Under the pieces are notes generated by a model. That model saw nothing but the letters and a program-made list of their open reading frames with translations, was not told where the DNA came from and ran no database searches. This document shows positions 7,474 through 17,272 of a DNA stretch of 64,000 nt, in pieces. The DNA lies in assembly GCA_046318155.1 (NCBI GenBank), contig JBKCUU010000047.1, positions 10,433 through 74,432 of the forward strand, written 5' to 3'. A program made the position numbers and the translations under genes. Origin of the DNA: Bdellovibrio sp. GTDB lineage: Bacteria > Bdellovibrionota > Bdellovibrionia > Bdellovibrionales > Bdellovibrionaceae. Position 1 is the stretch's first letter, and every line of letters begins with the position of its first letter.

Positions 7474-9147
7474 CTACTGAAGGGGACGGAATCGGATCCT
7501 CTTAGGGGCGGCATCATCGCCCATGCGTTTTTTACGGTCTTCTTCGTACTCCGTAAAGTTTCCAGTAAAGAAGTTCACTTTCGAATCGCCTTCAAAGACC
7601 AGCAAATGCGTGCAAATGCGATCCAAGAACCAGCGATCATGCGAGATCACGACGACAGAGCCGCCAAATTCAAGCAGCGCATCTTCAAGTGCCCGCATCG
7701 TATTGACGTCAATATCATTGGTCGGCTCATCCAGCAGGAGCAGATTACCGCCAGTTTTGAGAACTTTGGCCATGTTCACGCGGTTGCGCTCCCCGCCTGA
7801 AAGAACGCCCGTCTTTTTTTGCTGAGAGTCACCGGCAAAGTTAAACCACGAAGCGTACTGACGAGCATTCACTTCGCGAGCACCCAACTGAATGGTCTCT
7901 TTGCCTCCCGAAAGCTCTTCATACACACTTTTATTGGGATCAAGAGTTTCACGCGATTGATCAACGTAAGCCATCTTGACCGTCTCACCGATCTTGAAGG
8001 TTCCTGAATCCGGCTTCTCGGCACCCGTCATCATGCGAAACAGGGTTGTCTTACCGACACCATTGGGTCCAACGATGCCAACGATGGCCCCGCGAGGGAT
8101 CGAAAAGTTGAGATCATCGAACAAAAGCTTATCGCCGTAGGCTTTGCTTACATTTTTAGCTTCCACAACGATTTCACCCAAGCGAGGCCCAGGTGGGATG
8201 TAGATCGAGAGCTCTTGCAGTTTTTCGGGAGTGGGCTCTTTGATCATGTTTTCGTAGTTTGAAATGCGGGCTTTTGATTTGGCCTGACGAGCACGGGGGC
8301 TCATACGGATCCACTCCAGCTCACGCTCCATCGTCTTTTGGCGGCGGTCCTGTGCGTTTTGCTCGATTTTTTGGCGGGCTTCTTTTTGCTCAAGCCATGA
8401 CGAGTAATTCCCCTTCCAAGGAATGCCCTCGCCGCGATCCAGTTCTAAAATCCAGCCCGCTACATTGTCTAAGAAGTAACGATCATGCGTCACCGCTATG
8501 ACGGTGCCTGGAAACTTAGCTAAAAATTGCTCCAGCCAATGGACGCTTTCTGCATCCAAATGATTCGTTGGTTCGTCCAAAAGCAAAATGTCGGGATTAG
8601 AAAGGAGCAAGCGGCACAAAGCCACCCGGCGCTTTTCACCACCGGATAAGGGGCCAATGGGCATGTCCCCGTCTGGGCAGCGAAGGGCATCCATCGCTTT
8701 TTCAATGATCTGATCCACTTCCCAGCCATTCACTGATTCGATCTTTTCCGTGAGTTCGCCTTGTTTTTCGATCAGTTTTTCCATTTGATTTGGATCCAAA
8801 TCAGGATCTTCGAATTTTTTCGAAATGGCGTTGAACTCGGCCATCCACTTGGGAAGATCACCCATCCCCGCAAAAATGTTTTCTTTGACGGTCAAGTTCG
8901 CATCGAGCTCGGGCTCTTGCTGCAAATAACCGACTTTGAGTTTTTTAGCGGGAAAGGCTTCGCCTAAGAAGTCTTGGTCTGTCCCCGCCATAATTCTCAG
9001 CAAACTGGATTTACCCGATCCATTCAATCCCAAAACGCCGATCTTGGCGCCGTAAAAATACGAGAGGTAAATGTTTTTCAGGACATATCTTTGTGGGGGG
9101 TAAACTTTGCTGACACCCTTCATCGTGTAGATAATTTCGTGAGACAT
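7474..9147 (-). CDS. ettA: ABC-F ATPase, energy-dependent translational throttle EttA
   Basis: Two ABC cassettes (GLNGSGKSSLLRIMAG, LSGGEKRRVALCRLL, GPNGVGKTTLFRMM, LSGGERNRV). The N-terminus MSHEIIYTMKGVSKVYPPQRYVLKNIYLSYFYGAKIGVLGLNG parallels E. coli EttA. GGAGA lies 6 nt upstream of the ATG at 9147, so the ORF-track extension to 9372 is spurious. Confidence 0.93.
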   Translation of the reverse strand: MSHEIIYTMKGVSKVYPPQRYVLKNIYLSYFYGAKIGVLGLNGSGKSSLLRIMAGTDQDFLGEAFPAKKLKVGYLQQEPELDANLTVKENIFAGMGDLPKWMAEFNAISKKFEDPDLDPNQMEKLIEKQGELTEKIESVNGWEVDQIIEKAMDALRCPDGDMPIGPLSGGEKRRVALCRLLLSNPDILLLDEPTNHLDAESVHWLEQFLAKFPGTVIAVTHDRYFLDNVAGWILELDRGEGIPWKGNYSSWLEQKEARQKIEQNAQDRRQKTMERELEWIRMSPRARQAKSKARISNYENMIKEPTPEKLQELSIYIPPGPRLGEIVVEAKNVSKAYGDKLLFDDLNFSIPRGAIVGIVGPNGVGKTTLFRMMTGAEKPDSGTFKIGETVKMAYVDQSRETLDPNKSVYEELSGGKETIQLGAREVNARQYASWFNFAGDSQQKKTGVLSGGERNRVNMAKVLKTGGNLLLLDEPTNDIDVNTMRALEDALLEFGGSVVVISHDRWFLDRICTHLLVFEGDSKVNFFTGNFTEYEEDRKKRMGDDAAPKRIRFRPLQ

Positions 9148-9307
9148 GCTCATTCTCCAGTCAGTGTTGTGCAAAAACACGCGGTCTTTATTCGTGCGTG
9201 AGCGCACGAGGGAAGATCTGGTTTTGCCCTGAAGAGTTGTGCTTGTCAAACGGGGCTCAGTATCTCTAGACTTTGCCTTGGGGCTAGGCCCCGGCCAGGA
9301 AAACCTC

Positions 9308-9562
9308 ATGGATGACAGTAAGAACGACAAATCAACGCAGGCTCTACCACCACCAAACCAGTGGCAAAGCACCTGCAGCCAACTTAAGAATGCGTTTGAT
9401 GCTTGGGCGGATCTCAGCCGTCAGCCTCAGGCGCTTTCGGTTGACGAGAGGCGCCTTCAAGAAATGAAGGACTTGCTCCGTGATTTAAAAGGCAAAATTG
9501 ACGCTCTTTCCATGGAAGTCGAAAGCCAACAGCCCGCTCGTGATGAACAACGCGAGATTTAG
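9308..9562 (+). CDS. small hypothetical protein (coiled-coil-like)
   Basis: 84-aa reading frame MDDSKNDKSTQALPPPNQWQ...LQEMKDLLRDLKGKIDALSMEVE with AGGAAAA upstream. No recognisable family. Confidence 0.35.
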   Translation: MDDSKNDKSTQALPPPNQWQSTCSQLKNAFDAWADLSRQPQALSVDERRLQEMKDLLRDLKGKIDALSMEVESQQPARDEQREI

Positions 9563-9578
9563 AATCCCCACAACAGTC

Positions 9579-10847
9579 TCATTGAGCACCCGAGCTTTGA
9601 TTGCTCATCATGATTTTGTGCAAGGCAATACCAAGCGAGGCCCCGGTGCAGTACTCACCAAAATTTGTGGGTGCTCCGAAAATGAAAAGGTACGGTTCTC
9701 CTAAGTCAACACCGACCTTGTAGTCGAGCGGGATCTTCTCCCACGCATAGGCGTAACAGCTTGCCATCGTGGCTCCGGCCAGCGTGATATAAATGGCGTC
9801 CTTCGAATAACCTAAAAACTGCAGTGTTTGTTTTGTCATTCGAACCATGCCTCGGCCCAGCTTTTCCATTTGGATAAAATCGTGGAAGCGATCCTCGCCA
9901 GGCAATCTTCCCATGTCGTGGTATCGGCCCCAACCGGTGCTCTGAACTCCTGCACGCAGGACGAGCGCAATCGCCGCTGCGGTTGAAGTTGGCGCGCCAT
10001 TAAGCCGGGCAATCGCGGCAAAGCCTTTTTGTACAAAAAGGTCGCGTCTCTCATTTGTGCCCAAGTCGGCGTAACCACCAGCCCCACGAAATCGCCACAA
10101 AAAGCCGCCCAGGAAGGCGGACAGGGCCTGTCGGTCACTCGAGTTTAGCTCGGGATGGACGAGCTCGTGATTTTGGACACGCGACTTCGCACTCTCCTGG
10201 CCAAGCTCTCGAAGATAAAACAAAACCTCATTTGAGACTTGTTGGCGTTTGGCCATGTCAATCATTTGAGAGAGGTGCATTTTGCGAAGGGCCTTGTCGA
10301 CACGAGCTTTCATCGGACTTTCTAAAAAACGAGCGGGAAAGTCCGTTTTGGCCAAAACTCGAAACACAGCCGTCATCATCTCATCGACCTCACTCATCGC
10401 GGCCAACGTAAGATCAGAATCAGGCAGCGTCCGGTACAAAAGAAGGGGGTTCTCTAAAACTTCAAGCTCACTCAAGGCGCCGGTCTGCCTTTCTTGCGAC
10501 ACCAGCGGCGCGCCTTCAAAAGCTTGGATCATTTGCAAGGCGTCCGAGAAAATCTGCAGACTTTGTCCTCGCTCTTGCCAGGAGACTAAGCTTGATCCCC
10601 CAGCGGGATCGACCGCAACCAGGCGCGCCCGCTGAAGCCAAGCTGGGGTCTGGGCCACGCAAGGAGCGACGCCAAAGAAAGCGACGAAGACGACGGAGGA
10701 AAAGAAGTGACGAAGATTCATACCCGTTAAAATTGCAAGGGCCATGCCTCCTAAAAACTGCGCCATCTCGCAAAAAAGCACAAGCAGGGTCGTGGTGACT
10801 GTAAAAGTCTTAGGCATCCAGCGATCTTCACCGCAGGCGGGAACCAC
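9579..10847 (-). CDS. hypothetical secreted/membrane protein
   Basis: Long ORF containing a signal-peptide-like MNLRHFFSSVVFVAFFGVAPCVAQ. That Met at 10721, or one at 10745, is more likely the true start than 10847. No family recognised. Confidence 0.6.
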   Translation of the reverse strand: MVPACGEDRWMPKTFTVTTTLLVLFCEMAQFLGGMALAILTGMNLRHFFSSVVFVAFFGVAPCVAQTPAWLQRARLVAVDPAGGSSLVSWQERGQSLQIFSDALQMIQAFEGAPLVSQERQTGALSELEVLENPLLLYRTLPDSDLTLAAMSEVDEMMTAVFRVLAKTDFPARFLESPMKARVDKALRKMHLSQMIDMAKRQQVSNEVLFYLRELGQESAKSRVQNHELVHPELNSSDRQALSAFLGGFLWRFRGAGGYADLGTNERRDLFVQKGFAAIARLNGAPTSTAAAIALVLRAGVQSTGWGRYHDMGRLPGEDRFHDFIQMEKLGRGMVRMTKQTLQFLGYSKDAIYITLAGATMASCYAYAWEKIPLDYKVGVDLGEPYLFIFGAPTNFGEYCTGASLGIALHKIMMSNQSSGAQ

Positions 10848-11163
10848 CCCGGCAAGCAGGCGAGGCCATCTCGAAGGTGTCTTTGACTAAGTCCCATTCG
10901 GAAGGCGTAAAAACCCGTAATGTCAAAGCGTGCAGCCCGCGGGCGCGCTCTTCGCTGAAGAGATCTTGAACCAAACGCTGCCGGTCAATACGGGACTTCC
11001 CTGCAAACACATCTGCGACTAAAATCAATCTAAAGTGAGTTTCTGAATTGGCGGGAACCGAGTGCGAGTGGCTCTCGTTTTCCAGTTCAAAATAAACCGG
11101 ATCAAAAGCCACTTCGATCTTCCTTCGCATAGATTGTTCAATCGAACCAGGTGAAGTTGGCAT
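10828..11163 (-). CDS. BolA family protein
   Basis: 111 aa. FELENESHSHSVPANSETHFRLILVADVFAGKSRIDRQRLVQDLF matches the BolA signature (H...shf.v.ivs..F.g.s...rhr.v). Its start codon overlaps the upstream stop by 1 nt (TAATG). Confidence 0.85.
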   Translation of the reverse strand: MPTSPGSIEQSMRRKIEVAFDPVYFELENESHSHSVPANSETHFRLILVADVFAGKSRIDRQRLVQDLFSEERARGLHALTLRVFTPSEWDLVKDTFEMASPACRGGSRLR

Positions 11164-11771
11164 TACTTTTTAATTTTTGAACGGACTTGCTCAAACAAAC
11201 TTTGAGCTTTCATGCCGACGGTCAAAACTTGCATGGCCACTTTTTCGGTCACCGGACTTTCCATGACTTTTTTCTCGAGCTCTTTGGCTTTGAGCAAACC
11301 TTTTTGCAAAGCAAAATGCCCGAGCGGATGATCGATGGGAAGTTTTTCGAAATTGCCGTTGTTCACCCAATCCGTCGCAACCGCCTCTGCCACGTCAAAA
11401 GGTTTGGGAAGTTTCGAACGCAAAAGCTCGCTGCCAAAAAATTTGATTTCAACTTTGGGGCCTTCAGCCGCCGCCTCAAAATCACCCAATGATTTGTGTG
11501 AGTCTGATTTCGCGCTTGAAGAACCCGAACCGGCGGCAGGTTTGCCGGATTGCCGGTGGTCAATTTTTTCGTGAAGCGTGTGAGCTTCGTGCAAATCAGT
11601 CGAAGAGTTTGCTTCTGGGTGAACACCCGTTTCAACGTCGACAACTTTAACATCAGCGTTTGAACTTTCGGGCTCTTCTCGTCCCGGGCGGCGTTTCGCT
11701 CGTACGGTGTCTGTCTCAGTTTTTTCGTTTTGTTTGTTTTGTTTGTTTTTAAAGTCTTTTACTGATGGCAT
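11163..11771 (-). CDS. hypothetical protein downstream of the ParA-like ATPase
   Basis: 202 aa. Low-complexity charged N-terminal half (KNKQNKQNEKTE..., SGSSSAKSD) and a structured-looking C-terminal approx 100 aa. Starts 10 nt after the ParA-like gene's stop. Confidence 0.6.
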   Translation of the reverse strand: MPSVKDFKNKQNKQNEKTETDTVRAKRRPGREEPESSNADVKVVDVETGVHPEANSSTDLHEAHTLHEKIDHRQSGKPAAGSGSSSAKSDSHKSLGDFEAAAEGPKVEIKFFGSELLRSKLPKPFDVAEAVATDWVNNGNFEKLPIDHPLGHFALQKGLLKAKELEKKVMESPVTEKVAMQVLTVGMKAQSLFEQVRSKIKK

Positions 11772-11781
11772 CTGTCATCCC

Positions 11782-12729
11782 CTATTTGGTGCCAAGCTCG
11801 GAGGCGGGCACATCAAAGTGTAAAAGTTCACGAGTCACAAGATCATAATCTTCTTTAGCCGAGTTCTTGGTTGAGAAAATCGTCTTGCCCGAGGCGAGGG
11901 TGTTCTTCACCTCGCTTGAGGAACGAATATAGTTCTTCATCAGCAAATCTTCAAAGAGATCTACGCATTGACTTAAGATTTCACGACTGGCCATCTCACG
12001 CCCGTCAAAGCGAGTAAACAGGACCCGCTTTTCGAGCTTCAGATCAAACTCCTTCTCGAGGTCCTTTAAATCAGCCAAATGCTTTTGCACCCCCGACATC
12101 GAGAATTTGTCAGGATTAATAGGCAAAACCACGACGTTCGACGCGCAGGTCACGGCCGTATTGAGAATCGAAAGACTCGGCGCCGTGTCGATCAAAATCA
12201 GGTCATAGGCGTCTGAAATCTCGCGCAAGGGCCCCTTGACCGACTGAGCCCAGTTGCGATTGGACTGCAAGAGGACCCGGTCCAAAACCGAGTTGTTCAA
12301 GCTCGATGGAATCAGATCTAAACCCTCGCCAATATTCAAAATTGCTTGCGAGGGCGTGACTTTTTTCTCGACAATATCCACCCACACCGGAAGGTTCTCG
12401 GCGTCGACTCCCAAGGCAAAAGTCAGATTTGCTTGTTGGTCAAGGTCGATCATCAGAACACGAGAGCCATACATCGCCGCTCGCCAACCCAAGTTGAGAG
12501 CCGATGTCGTTTTGGCGACTCCGCCCTTGAGCATCTGAAAAGAAATCACCTGTTTCGGGATTCTGAAGCCCTTGAACTGAAGATAGGCCCGAACGATTTT
12601 CGGAGGCACCGAGGATTTATAAGGCGACTTTAATCCGATTTCGATGAGCTCTTGCGCGGTCTGTTCGGGCGACAAATGGACAAGGCTCGCCAAGTCTTGC
12701 AAACTCAAGTTTTCGTCTAAATGGGCCAT
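11782..12729 (-). CDS. ParA/MinD-family ATPase with an approx 60-aa N-terminal extension
   Basis: Deviant Walker A KGGVAKTTSALNLG, MIDLDQQANLT and ILIDTAPS motifs. The N-terminal LSLQDLASLVHLSPEQTAQELIEIG looks helix-turn-helix-like. No parB is adjacent. Confidence 0.85.
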   Translation of the reverse strand: MAHLDENLSLQDLASLVHLSPEQTAQELIEIGLKSPYKSSVPPKIVRAYLQFKGFRIPKQVISFQMLKGGVAKTTSALNLGWRAAMYGSRVLMIDLDQQANLTFALGVDAENLPVWVDIVEKKVTPSQAILNIGEGLDLIPSSLNNSVLDRVLLQSNRNWAQSVKGPLREISDAYDLILIDTAPSLSILNTAVTCASNVVVLPINPDKFSMSGVQKHLADLKDLEKEFDLKLEKRVLFTRFDGREMASREILSQCVDLFEDLLMKNYIRSSSEVKNTLASGKTIFSTKNSAKEDYDLVTRELLHFDVPASELGTK

Positions 12730-12919
12730 TCAAATTGCCTCCCGCCATTGGCTGGGTCACAGATTGATGTGGAACTGATTGTCCAATCGAAGCACCCGGT
12801 CTCGGCAGAATCAATCAGAATCACGGCAAAGGCTTCGCTGCAAGTTGCTAAAGTGGAGTTTTAAGTCTAGAAGGACCCTCTTTGCGAGTGTCTGTTAAGA
12901 TTGTTAAGAGTGTTTTTCG

Positions 12920-13864
12920 ATGAGGTCCATCAGGGAGTTCGACGTGTCTAGATTTTTACACAAAATCAATCGCTTTTCAAAATTTGCCCCCAAGCTCCGC
13001 CAGGAGTTTGAGCAGCGCTTTGAGGACCCCAAACAAACCAACTCGAACCGCTTCGTTTGGGATTATTGGCATGTCCCCGGCCAGTACACACTTTTACGAA
13101 CCCCTGCTTACCATTATTTTACCGAAAAACTTTATGCCAACTTTCACGAATCCCTCGTGATGTGGGGACGCAAGAACTTAGGCTGCTGGGACATCTCCCC
13201 CCCTTGGCTCAGTTGCTATGTCGAGGGGTGTAAACAAGAATTTCATTCGGATGTCCCCCATGGCGCTTGGGCCTACGTCTATTCACTCTCTCCTGAAAAA
13301 CCGATCTACAGCGGCGGCGAGACCCTGATCATGAAGCCAGAGACCTTAAGCTACTGGCGCCATTTTGCTTCAAGTGCGGACCGTGAAAAATCCAGTTTCA
13401 TCGAAACGGTCCCGGCGAAGTTTAACCGTTTGATCGCTTTTGATCCCCGCCTGCCCCACTCGGTTTCGGAAGTTCGTGGCACACATGATCCCCGCCATGG
13501 CCGGCTGGTCATTCACGGTTGGTTTACTCAGCCCAAAACTTACCTGGACGGCTTTCTACCCGAGAAAGCGGCCGAGAAGATTTTGAACCAAGCGACCAAC
13601 GAAGTCTCGCAGCTGGTGGGCTTGTTTGACGAGAAGTCCCCTGAAGCGCAAGGCGTGCAAGGCACTCTCGCGATTGGCCTGCAAGTCAAAGCCAGCGGTC
13701 ACGTCGCTTCGGTGAAGCTCATGACAAATACGTTGATCTCGCAAGATGGACTTGAACCTCGAGAATTGCAAAACGAAATCCTCAAAGTTTACCGAGAGCT
13801 TCAATTTCCAAAGGCCAAGGGTCCCACGTGGTTGACCGTTCCTTTGATTTTAGCAGCGGAGTAG
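12920..13864 (+). CDS. 2OG-Fe(II) oxygenase superfamily protein
   Basis: The H-x-D...H triad context EFHSDVPHGAWAYVYSL ... FNRLIAFDPRLPHSVSEV ... GRLVIHGWF is typical of the prolyl-hydroxylase-like 2OG-Fe(II) oxygenase fold. Confidence 0.7.
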   Translation: MRSIREFDVSRFLHKINRFSKFAPKLRQEFEQRFEDPKQTNSNRFVWDYWHVPGQYTLLRTPAYHYFTEKLYANFHESLVMWGRKNLGCWDISPPWLSCYVEGCKQEFHSDVPHGAWAYVYSLSPEKPIYSGGETLIMKPETLSYWRHFASSADREKSSFIETVPAKFNRLIAFDPRLPHSVSEVRGTHDPRHGRLVIHGWFTQPKTYLDGFLPEKAAEKILNQATNEVSQLVGLFDEKSPEAQGVQGTLAIGLQVKASGHVASVKLMTNTLISQDGLEPRELQNEILKVYRELQFPKAKGPTWLTVPLILAAE

Positions 13865-13885
13865 GTCACAAAAAGCTGCGGCTTT

Positions 13886-15910
13886 TTATTTGCTCTTGCC
13901 TTGATTGGCCGCCTTGGCATTTAAGTTCGCCATAAAATTAGCCATCAAGTTCTCGCGGGCGGCGCCCGAAACGGGACGAACGCCTTCCTCAAATGTCATG
14001 ATCAAACCTTTGGGCAAACCTAAAATAAATCTCGAAGGTGAAACGGGCTTGGCCTGCCCATAGCGTTTGCGCGTTCGGCACCGAGACAAGTACAGTTTGT
14101 CTTGCGCGCGCGTGATGCCCACATAAAACAAACGCCGTTCTTCTGAAATGTCAGAGCCTAGTGTTCGGTGCGGCAGCAAGTCCTCTTCGATTCCGATCAA
14201 AAATACGATCGGAAACTCGAGCCCTTTTGAGGCATGCAAAGTCATCAAAGAAACTTCTGATTTTTTATTGTCATCATCCTGATCATCTCGAAGCTCCATC
14301 GCATCGACGAATTCCAGCAGGGTCTTTTTGTCGCGTCCGCCTTTTTCAACAAAGCGGTCAAGAATGCGCGCCAAAATCTCGACGCCCGCCCAGCGCTTTT
14401 CACCCGACGCGGGATCTTTGGAGGTGTTCCAGACCAAATCTCGGTAACCAATCTCTTTCATGATTTCGATAAGCTTGGCTCCCGGCATCAGCGCCACATC
14501 ATTTAGCAAGCGGTCCGCCATACCCGACAAAAAGAGCAAAAGATTGTCGATCCCCTCGCCGGCTTTTTCTTGGATTCCGATTGCTTTCCATTGCCGAGCG
14601 GCTTTGACGAATCCCATTTTGTGCGTGTTCATGTACTCGACGATTTTTTCGATCGACGTGTCACCAATTCCGCGCGCAGGAACATTCAAGATTCGGCGAA
14701 AGGCCAAATCGTGTACGGCCAAAGAGAGACGAAGGTACGCCAAGACGTCTTTGACTTCTTTCCGGTCAAACAAGGCCGTACCGCCCGAAACCGAGAACGG
14801 GATTTGCTCTTCGCGAAGTAAACCCTCAAGAACACCAGATTGCGAGTTCGAGCGGTAGAGCACGGCCATTTCTTTGAGGGGCCGGCCCAAATCCCGGGCT
14901 TGCTTGATTTCGCGAACGACGTGCTCGGCTTCTTCTTCTTCATTTGAAAAAACAAAAAGCTCGGGCTCCCCGCCGGCTCCGCGCGAGCTCGCGGGCTTTA
15001 AGACTTTGCCGTGGCGTTTGTCATTTTGACCGATCACATGATTGGCCAGATCCAAAATTTTTGCAGTCGAGCGGTAATTGCGCTCAAGCCGAATGACTTC
15101 ACAAGGTGAATAGCGTTTGGGATAATCTAAAATATTCGAGACCTCGGCCCCACGCCAGCCATAGATCGATTGGTCATCGTCACCGACGACTGCCATATTG
15201 CGATTGGGTCCCATCAGGTGCTCGAGCAGTCTCATCTGCACTGAATTGGTATCTTGAAACTCATCAACCATTAAATAGGGGTACTGCTTCTGCAGACGGT
15301 CTCGTAGCTCAGCGTTTTCTTTGAGCATGGCCACGGGCTTTAAAAGCAGCTCTTCAAAGTCAACGACACCAAGGGCTCGCAGTTTTTGTTGATACTTGGG
15401 CGCCAAAGTCTCGGCCACGGCGTGATACTCATCGGAATCAGGTGAAGCGAATTTGCCGCGTTGGCGAAACTCTTGGATCAAGTTCAAAATTCTTTCGATA
15501 TCAAATTTATCTTTACCGCCGACGGTCAAATTTCGAAGCAGTTCTCGAACCACCGATTGCGAGTCACTCATGTCGATCACACCAAATTGTGCGGGCAAGC
15601 CTGCGGCCTGATGATGCTTGCGCAAAAGCTGCAGGCCAAAAGAGTGAAATGTGCCCGCCCACAAACCTTGGGCCTTAGGCCCGAGCTTGAGCGCGACTCG
15701 GTGTTTGAGTTCACGGGCGGCTTTGTTGGTAAAGGTGAGAACGCAAATTTCATCAGCTTTGACGATTGTATCGTCAATCAGACGACCGGTACGAGCGACC
15801 AGCACCGTCGTTTTGCCAGAGCCCGCGCCCGCCAAAATCAGCAGCGGTCCGTGAGAATGATTCACGGCCCGTGCCTGCTCTGGATTTAGGCCCCTGGTCC
15901 AATCCGTCAT
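13886..15910 (-). CDS. UvrD/PcrA/Rep-family ATP-dependent DNA helicase (no C-terminal Tudor-like domain)
   Basis: 674 aa. Contains AGAGSGKTTVLV (Walker A), LMVDEFQDTN (motif II), VGDDDQSIYGWRGA, RNYRST, TLHASKGLEFP and LFYVGITRA. Confidence 0.93.
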   Translation of the reverse strand: MTDWTRGLNPEQARAVNHSHGPLLILAGAGSGKTTVLVARTGRLIDDTIVKADEICVLTFTNKAARELKHRVALKLGPKAQGLWAGTFHSFGLQLLRKHHQAAGLPAQFGVIDMSDSQSVVRELLRNLTVGGKDKFDIERILNLIQEFRQRGKFASPDSDEYHAVAETLAPKYQQKLRALGVVDFEELLLKPVAMLKENAELRDRLQKQYPYLMVDEFQDTNSVQMRLLEHLMGPNRNMAVVGDDDQSIYGWRGAEVSNILDYPKRYSPCEVIRLERNYRSTAKILDLANHVIGQNDKRHGKVLKPASSRGAGGEPELFVFSNEEEEAEHVVREIKQARDLGRPLKEMAVLYRSNSQSGVLEGLLREEQIPFSVSGGTALFDRKEVKDVLAYLRLSLAVHDLAFRRILNVPARGIGDTSIEKIVEYMNTHKMGFVKAARQWKAIGIQEKAGEGIDNLLLFLSGMADRLLNDVALMPGAKLIEIMKEIGYRDLVWNTSKDPASGEKRWAGVEILARILDRFVEKGGRDKKTLLEFVDAMELRDDQDDDNKKSEVSLMTLHASKGLEFPIVFLIGIEEDLLPHRTLGSDISEERRLFYVGITRAQDKLYLSRCRTRKRYGQAKPVSPSRFILGLPKGLIMTFEEGVRPVSGAARENLMANFMANLNAKAANQGKSK

Positions 15911-15951
15911 ATTGATTCGCTCCTCTAGGGATCGCTTTTGATTCGTTCCGA

Positions 15952-16395
15952 TCAGGGTCGATTGTGAACGAGGCTGCGAACTTCATCTTGAAAAACAATT
16001 TCAACCTTATCGGGGTAAGACGTTTTAACAACGCCCAATCCAAATTTGGGATGCTGGATGCGGGCCTTGAGCGGAAACTTGAGTTTCATACTGTAGGTTG
16101 CCGTTTCAGCTGTAAGTGTGTCTTGCAAAAGAGCTTGATATTCGGTCTCGTGAGCGGCGGCTCGTCCCGCAGCACCGCGAGCAGAGGGGGCACGCTTGGG
16201 TTTAGCCCCACCGCTCGTCAAATCTTTGGCTGCCGTTGAAATTTTATAGGTTTTTTTCGAGTGACAAGTTTCGCATTCGACTTTTGCAGAGGTTGCCGTC
16301 GTGTGGGCAATGACGGTGTGGTAGCGTTCTGATCCGCACTTTTTGCAGTCTGTATAAACCGATTTTGCAACTGCCGGTAATGTTTGTTCAGCCAT
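15952..16395 (-). CDS. zinc-ribbon protein with C-terminal UvrD/PcrA-Tudor-like (DUF3553-like) domain
   Basis: CxxC...CxxC (DCKKCGSERYH...VECETCHSKK) at the N-terminus. The C-terminal ARIQHPKFGLGVVKTSYPDKVEIVFQDEVRSLV resembles the H.KFG.G.V...V.F motif of helicase C-terminal Tudor domains. The ATG at 16395 overlaps the upstream stop by 8 nt. Confidence 0.65.
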   Translation of the reverse strand: MAEQTLPAVAKSVYTDCKKCGSERYHTVIAHTTATSAKVECETCHSKKTYKISTAAKDLTSGGAKPKRAPSARGAAGRAAAHETEYQALLQDTLTAETATYSMKLKFPLKARIQHPKFGLGVVKTSYPDKVEIVFQDEVRSLVHNRP

Positions 16396-17272
16396 GGTTC
16401 CCTTTCGCACGATAGACCTGCAGCGGGTCCGTTAGTTTTTTTGCCGCAATGTCAGAGGCGCTTAAGAAAAAAGGGCCCTCGCCCTTTTGCAGGCGCATCT
16501 GAACATCGATCATACTCGTTTCATTGGACGGATCAACCAAAAGCCCCGAAGGCTCGTAGCGCTCGAGAAAGGGATAATCCTCTTCGCGTGTGAAGAAGGA
16601 CTCCCAGACTTCGGTGTTGACTTCAGAGCGGTAGGTGACCGTTTTGGCGTGCGTGTGGACGGGCGTGTAGGCCGTCAAAATTTGCATATGACCAAAATGC
16701 GAGTGCAGCTTTAAAGCCGGACTTCCCCACTGCGTGATCCCGCAGCAGGTCTCGACATTGGCATACCATAGACCAAACGCTTTAGACAAAAAGCCCAAAC
16801 CGTACAACCGGTCTTTTTCTTCGAGCAAAGTGTTGATGGCACATAAATTGTGCGCGATCCACTCGCCCTTACGCATGGTGGGGATGATGATAAACAGCGA
16901 GAGCGGCGTCCACTCGGTCTTGGAATCAACGCGCATGACTTTTTTAAAAGCTTCGGGAAGCTTGGCGGTCTTCATTGCAAAACCCGCGACAAATCCCGGC
17001 ATCACGGCACAGTCATAAAACACCCAGCGAGGCATCGGCATGTTGGCTTTGCCAAAGGCCAAATTCTCGAGATGGTAAATGCTTTCGGCAAACTCAAGCT
17101 CGCCCAGCATCATGGGGTCTTTATAAATCGGCGGAAACGGAAACCAGTCCAAGCGGTGACGACTTCCAGGCGCTTGCACTTTGTTTTCGGATCTCACGTA
17201 CACGTATGGGCGGATATCACCCTGAGTGACGTGTTCTTCGATCCAAGTCGCCTTCTTCAGCAATTGGTTCAT
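16388..17272 (-). CDS. conserved-looking hypothetical protein
   Basis: 294-aa ORF, ATGA-overlapped with the fumC stop. No motif I can assign; [10 protein letters not shown]...[14 protein letters not shown] is vaguely acyltransferase-like. Confidence 0.6.
   Translation of the reverse strand: MNQLLKKATWIEEHVTQGDIRPYVYVRSENKVQAPGSRHRLDWFPFPPIYKDPMMLGELEFAESIYHLENLAFGKANMPMPRWVFYDCAVMPGFVAGFAMKTAKLPEAFKKVMRVDSKTEWTPLSLFIIIPTMRKGEWIAHNLCAINTLLEEKDRLYGLGFLSKAFGLWYANVETCCGITQWGSPALKLHSHFGHMQILTAYTPVHTHAKTVTYRSEVNTEVWESFFTREEDYPFLERYEPSGLLVDPSNETSMIDVQMRLQKGEGPFFLSASDIAAKKLTDPLQVYRAKGNHG

Noticed and set aside
9148-9372. 75-codon N-terminal extension of the ettA ORF in the ORF track.
   Set aside because: EttA homology begins at MSHEIIYTMKG, with a GGAGA RBS before the ATG at 9147. 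The extension has no protein-like character.
11725-11755. Short tandem repeat GTTTTGTTTGTTTTGTTTG.
   Set aside because: It simply encodes the KNKQNKQN low-complexity N-terminus of the 202-aa protein on the minus strand. It is too short to call a functional repeat.
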